Program-made: the position numbers and the translations under genes
Notes under the pieces: model-generated
Told to the model about the DNA's origin: nothing
The model's database searches: none
Seen by the model: only the letters and a program-made list of their open reading frames with translations
From: Thermoanaerobaculia bacterium
GTDB lineage: Bacteria; Acidobacteriota; Thermoanaerobaculia; Multivoradales; Multivoraceae
DNA: 64,000 bases
Reading direction: 5' to 3'
Assembly: GCA_963666565.1 (NCBI GenBank)
Contig: OY762911.1
Coordinates: 352,001-416,000, forward strand
Part shown: in pieces, positions 62,188-64,000 of the stretch
Numbering within the stretch: the stretch's first letter is position 1
Layout: the number at the start of each line of letters is the position of its first letter

Positions 62188-64000
62188 GAGTATCCTCCTT
62201 GGGGATGTTCGATGCACTCAAAGCGCCCTCTCTTGTTCTTTGGTGGAGTCAAGCACGCCAAGATCCGGGCCGGACTCTCTAATGTGTCGGCTGGCGGAGC
62301 CCAACTATACGCCGGTGTTCCTTCGATGTAGAGCTCGAAGGCAGGCATGCAGTCGTGGGCTATCTCGCCGTCGATGACCAGCCCCTCCGTGGCAGATGTC
62401 CGAAAGTCCAGTTCCACGCTGGCATTGATGTCCGGCGAGAACACAAGAGGATTTCCGCCCGCGAGTTCCAGGGCCAAGGCGGCCCCACCCGTCAAGGTTG
62501 TACTCCCCAACGTCCCGCTAAGCCGTTCCGCTCGGTGAAGACGATGACAGTCCCGTTCTTCGTCGTAGTCGTTGTCGTCGATAAGGCCATCAGCCAGAGT
62601 CGTTGCCTTGTGGAACAGTGTAGTCAGGCCCGCCCAGTAGGCCTCGCCCAGTAGCTGCAACGCGGACTCCTCAGAAGGCGGCACCAGAGCCAGCACCGCC
62701 TGAAGCCGGTAGGGATCAAGCGTCTTAACTGGATTCGTCGGCACGATTCGCGTCGGCGGACCCGCTGAGGGACCGCGATCGTCCCCACCGAAGATCATGG
62801 AAGCACCCCGACAAGTCGGCGACCGTACCGAGGGAACCCAGGCCGACGGAATGTAGGCCCGCAGGACGACGTCCAACCGTTCTGGCGGCCGAGACGGCGG
62901 TGGAGGTGGCGGCGGAGGCGGTGGAGGTGGCGGCGGTGGAGGTGGAGGCGGTGGTGATATCGGTTTGTCCGTAACGGTGATCTCGTCCTTGAAGACCAAG
63001 ATGCCGTCCACACAGTCCTGATCCTCCGATAGCTCAGTGTCGTCGTCGCAGCTTAGCACCTCGGTCTCGCCTCCAAGGGCCGGGATCGGTCCGGACGGTC
63101 GATCCGGCACGACGTACCGATAGCAGGCGCCGCGAAACGCGAAGTGGCCCGCGGGGCAGTTGACTATCGCGGCGACGGTCCAGGTACCCGTTCCTCCGAA
63201 GAAAGGATACACCCGCACGCTGTGCGACCCGGTCCCCAGTTCGCCGCTCCAGTGGTCGTCCTTCGTTCCGCTGCGATTTGAGCAGACGGAGCCACTGACG
63301 GAACAGTCGATGTCCTGGTCCATGCCGGTCAGCGAGACGTTCACGGTCTGGCGAGACGCCAACGTGAACGAGTAGGTCCGCGCGGCACTCTTGGTTTCGC
63401 TCGCATACACAAGCCCGACCCGCGTCTCCAGTTTGCGTCGCACCGGCTTCTGCGGCGGCGGTGGTGGCGGTGGTGGCGGTGGTGGCGGTTTCGCCGCCGC
63501 GGCCACAACGACGGTGAACGTCACCGAAGCCCTCGCTTTGTCCCGGTCGGAGGCCGTGTACGTGCTCAGGTAGGTCGTGTCGACTGGCACGGTCGGGAGC
63601 GTTCCTCTCGCGCGCCGCGTCGACGGGGTGAACGCGATCCCCGGCGGAAGACCCGACACGCGGTAGCTGTAGGGCGATCTGCCGCCAGATGCCGCCGGGA
63701 ACGCCGTGTCGATGACCCCGCCCGACGGCAGACGGAAGTCGGGAATGCTCGGCACGGACAAGGGCGGCGGCGCAGCTGCGGCAGCCACAACGACGGTGAA
63801 CGTGACCGAAGCGGCGGCGCCGTTCCGGTCCGAGACGGCGTACGCGACCAGGTAAGTGGTGTCGACCCACACCGTCGGCAGCGTTCCTCTCGCACGCCGC
63901 GTCGACGGGAAGAACGTGATCCCCGGCGGCAGACCGGACACGCTGTAGCTGTAGGGCGGCCTGCCGCCCGACGCGGCCGGGAACACCGTGTCGATGGCCC
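62172..64000 (-). CDS. Surface/secreted protein (5' partial): He_PIG-like Ig repeats, poly-Pro linkers, PPC-like domain, C-terminal DUF3238-like domain
   Basis: Two 94-aa repeats with GG..PYSY.VSGLPPGI.F; TYSFTL...VSLTG..DID PPC pattern; RAYIP..FGGDDR..NPL..PDI..HD.MPAFELY; frame is open to the window edge. Confidence 0.75.
   Translation of the reverse strand, partial: AIDTVFPAASGGRPPYSYSVSGLPPGITFFPSTRRARGTLPTVWVDTTYLVAYAVSDRNGAAASVTFTVVVAAAAAPPPLSVPSIPDFRLPSGGVIDTAFPAASGGRSPYSYRVSGLPPGIAFTPSTRRARGTLPTVPVDTTYLSTYTASDRDKARASVTFTVVVAAAAKPPPPPPPPPPPPQKPVRRKLETRVGLVYASETKSAARTYSFTLASRQTVNVSLTGMDQDIDCSVSGSVCSNRSGTKDDHWSGELGTGSHSVRVYPFFGGTGTWTVAAIVNCPAGHFAFRGACYRYVVPDRPSGPIPALGGETEVLSCDDDTELSEDQDCVDGILVFKDEITVTDKPISPPPPPPPPPPPPPPPPPPPPSRPPERLDVVLRAYIPSAWVPSVRSPTCRGASMIFGGDDRGPSAGPPTRIVPTNPVKTLDPYRLQAVLALVPPSEESALQLLGEAYWAGLTTLFHKATTLADGLIDDNDYDEERDCHRLHRAERLSGTLGSTTLTGGAALALELAGGNPLVFSPDINASVELDFRTSATEGLVIDGEIAHDCMPAFELYIEGTPAYSWAPPADTLESPARILACLTPPKNKRGRFECIEHPQGGYSCGQR

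Overview
High-GC bacterial window; gene content and order suggest Acidobacteriota, possibly Thermoanaerobaculia-like (inference). Core backbone: a GAF/sigma-54 activator, uvrA, smpB, lpxC-DUF4390-ntrY-ntrX-selB, ald, an F420-type LLM oxidoreductase, polA, a large secreted TPR/FG-GAP protein, an NSS-family transporter, lpxK, waaA, an ECF sigma/anti-sigma pair heading a T2SS/type IV pilus cluster, and dut. The main accessory feature is an ~18-kb single-strand defence island (12859-30630) between selB and ald. It carries a SNF2-DUF3883 helicase, a DUF1156 methyltransferase and a DUF499 ATPase (restriction-like/BREX-related core), with an MNT plus an internally deleted HEPN gene and two different ABC-ATPase+DUF4276 modules nested inside. 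These are followed by an Abi/UG-class reverse transcriptase split by an ISL3 element (8-bp TSD; in-silico excision restores a 517-aa ORF) and an orphan P-loop ATPase. Non-coding signals include a complete sigma-54 promoter architecture before lpxC, leaderless and bidirectional promoters, a REP-like palindrome family, and a 12-bp direct repeat bracketing the RT gene. The right end holds an Ig-repeat surface protein with a DUF3238-like tip coupled to an unknown gene. All family assignments are from motif recognition by eye, not database searches.
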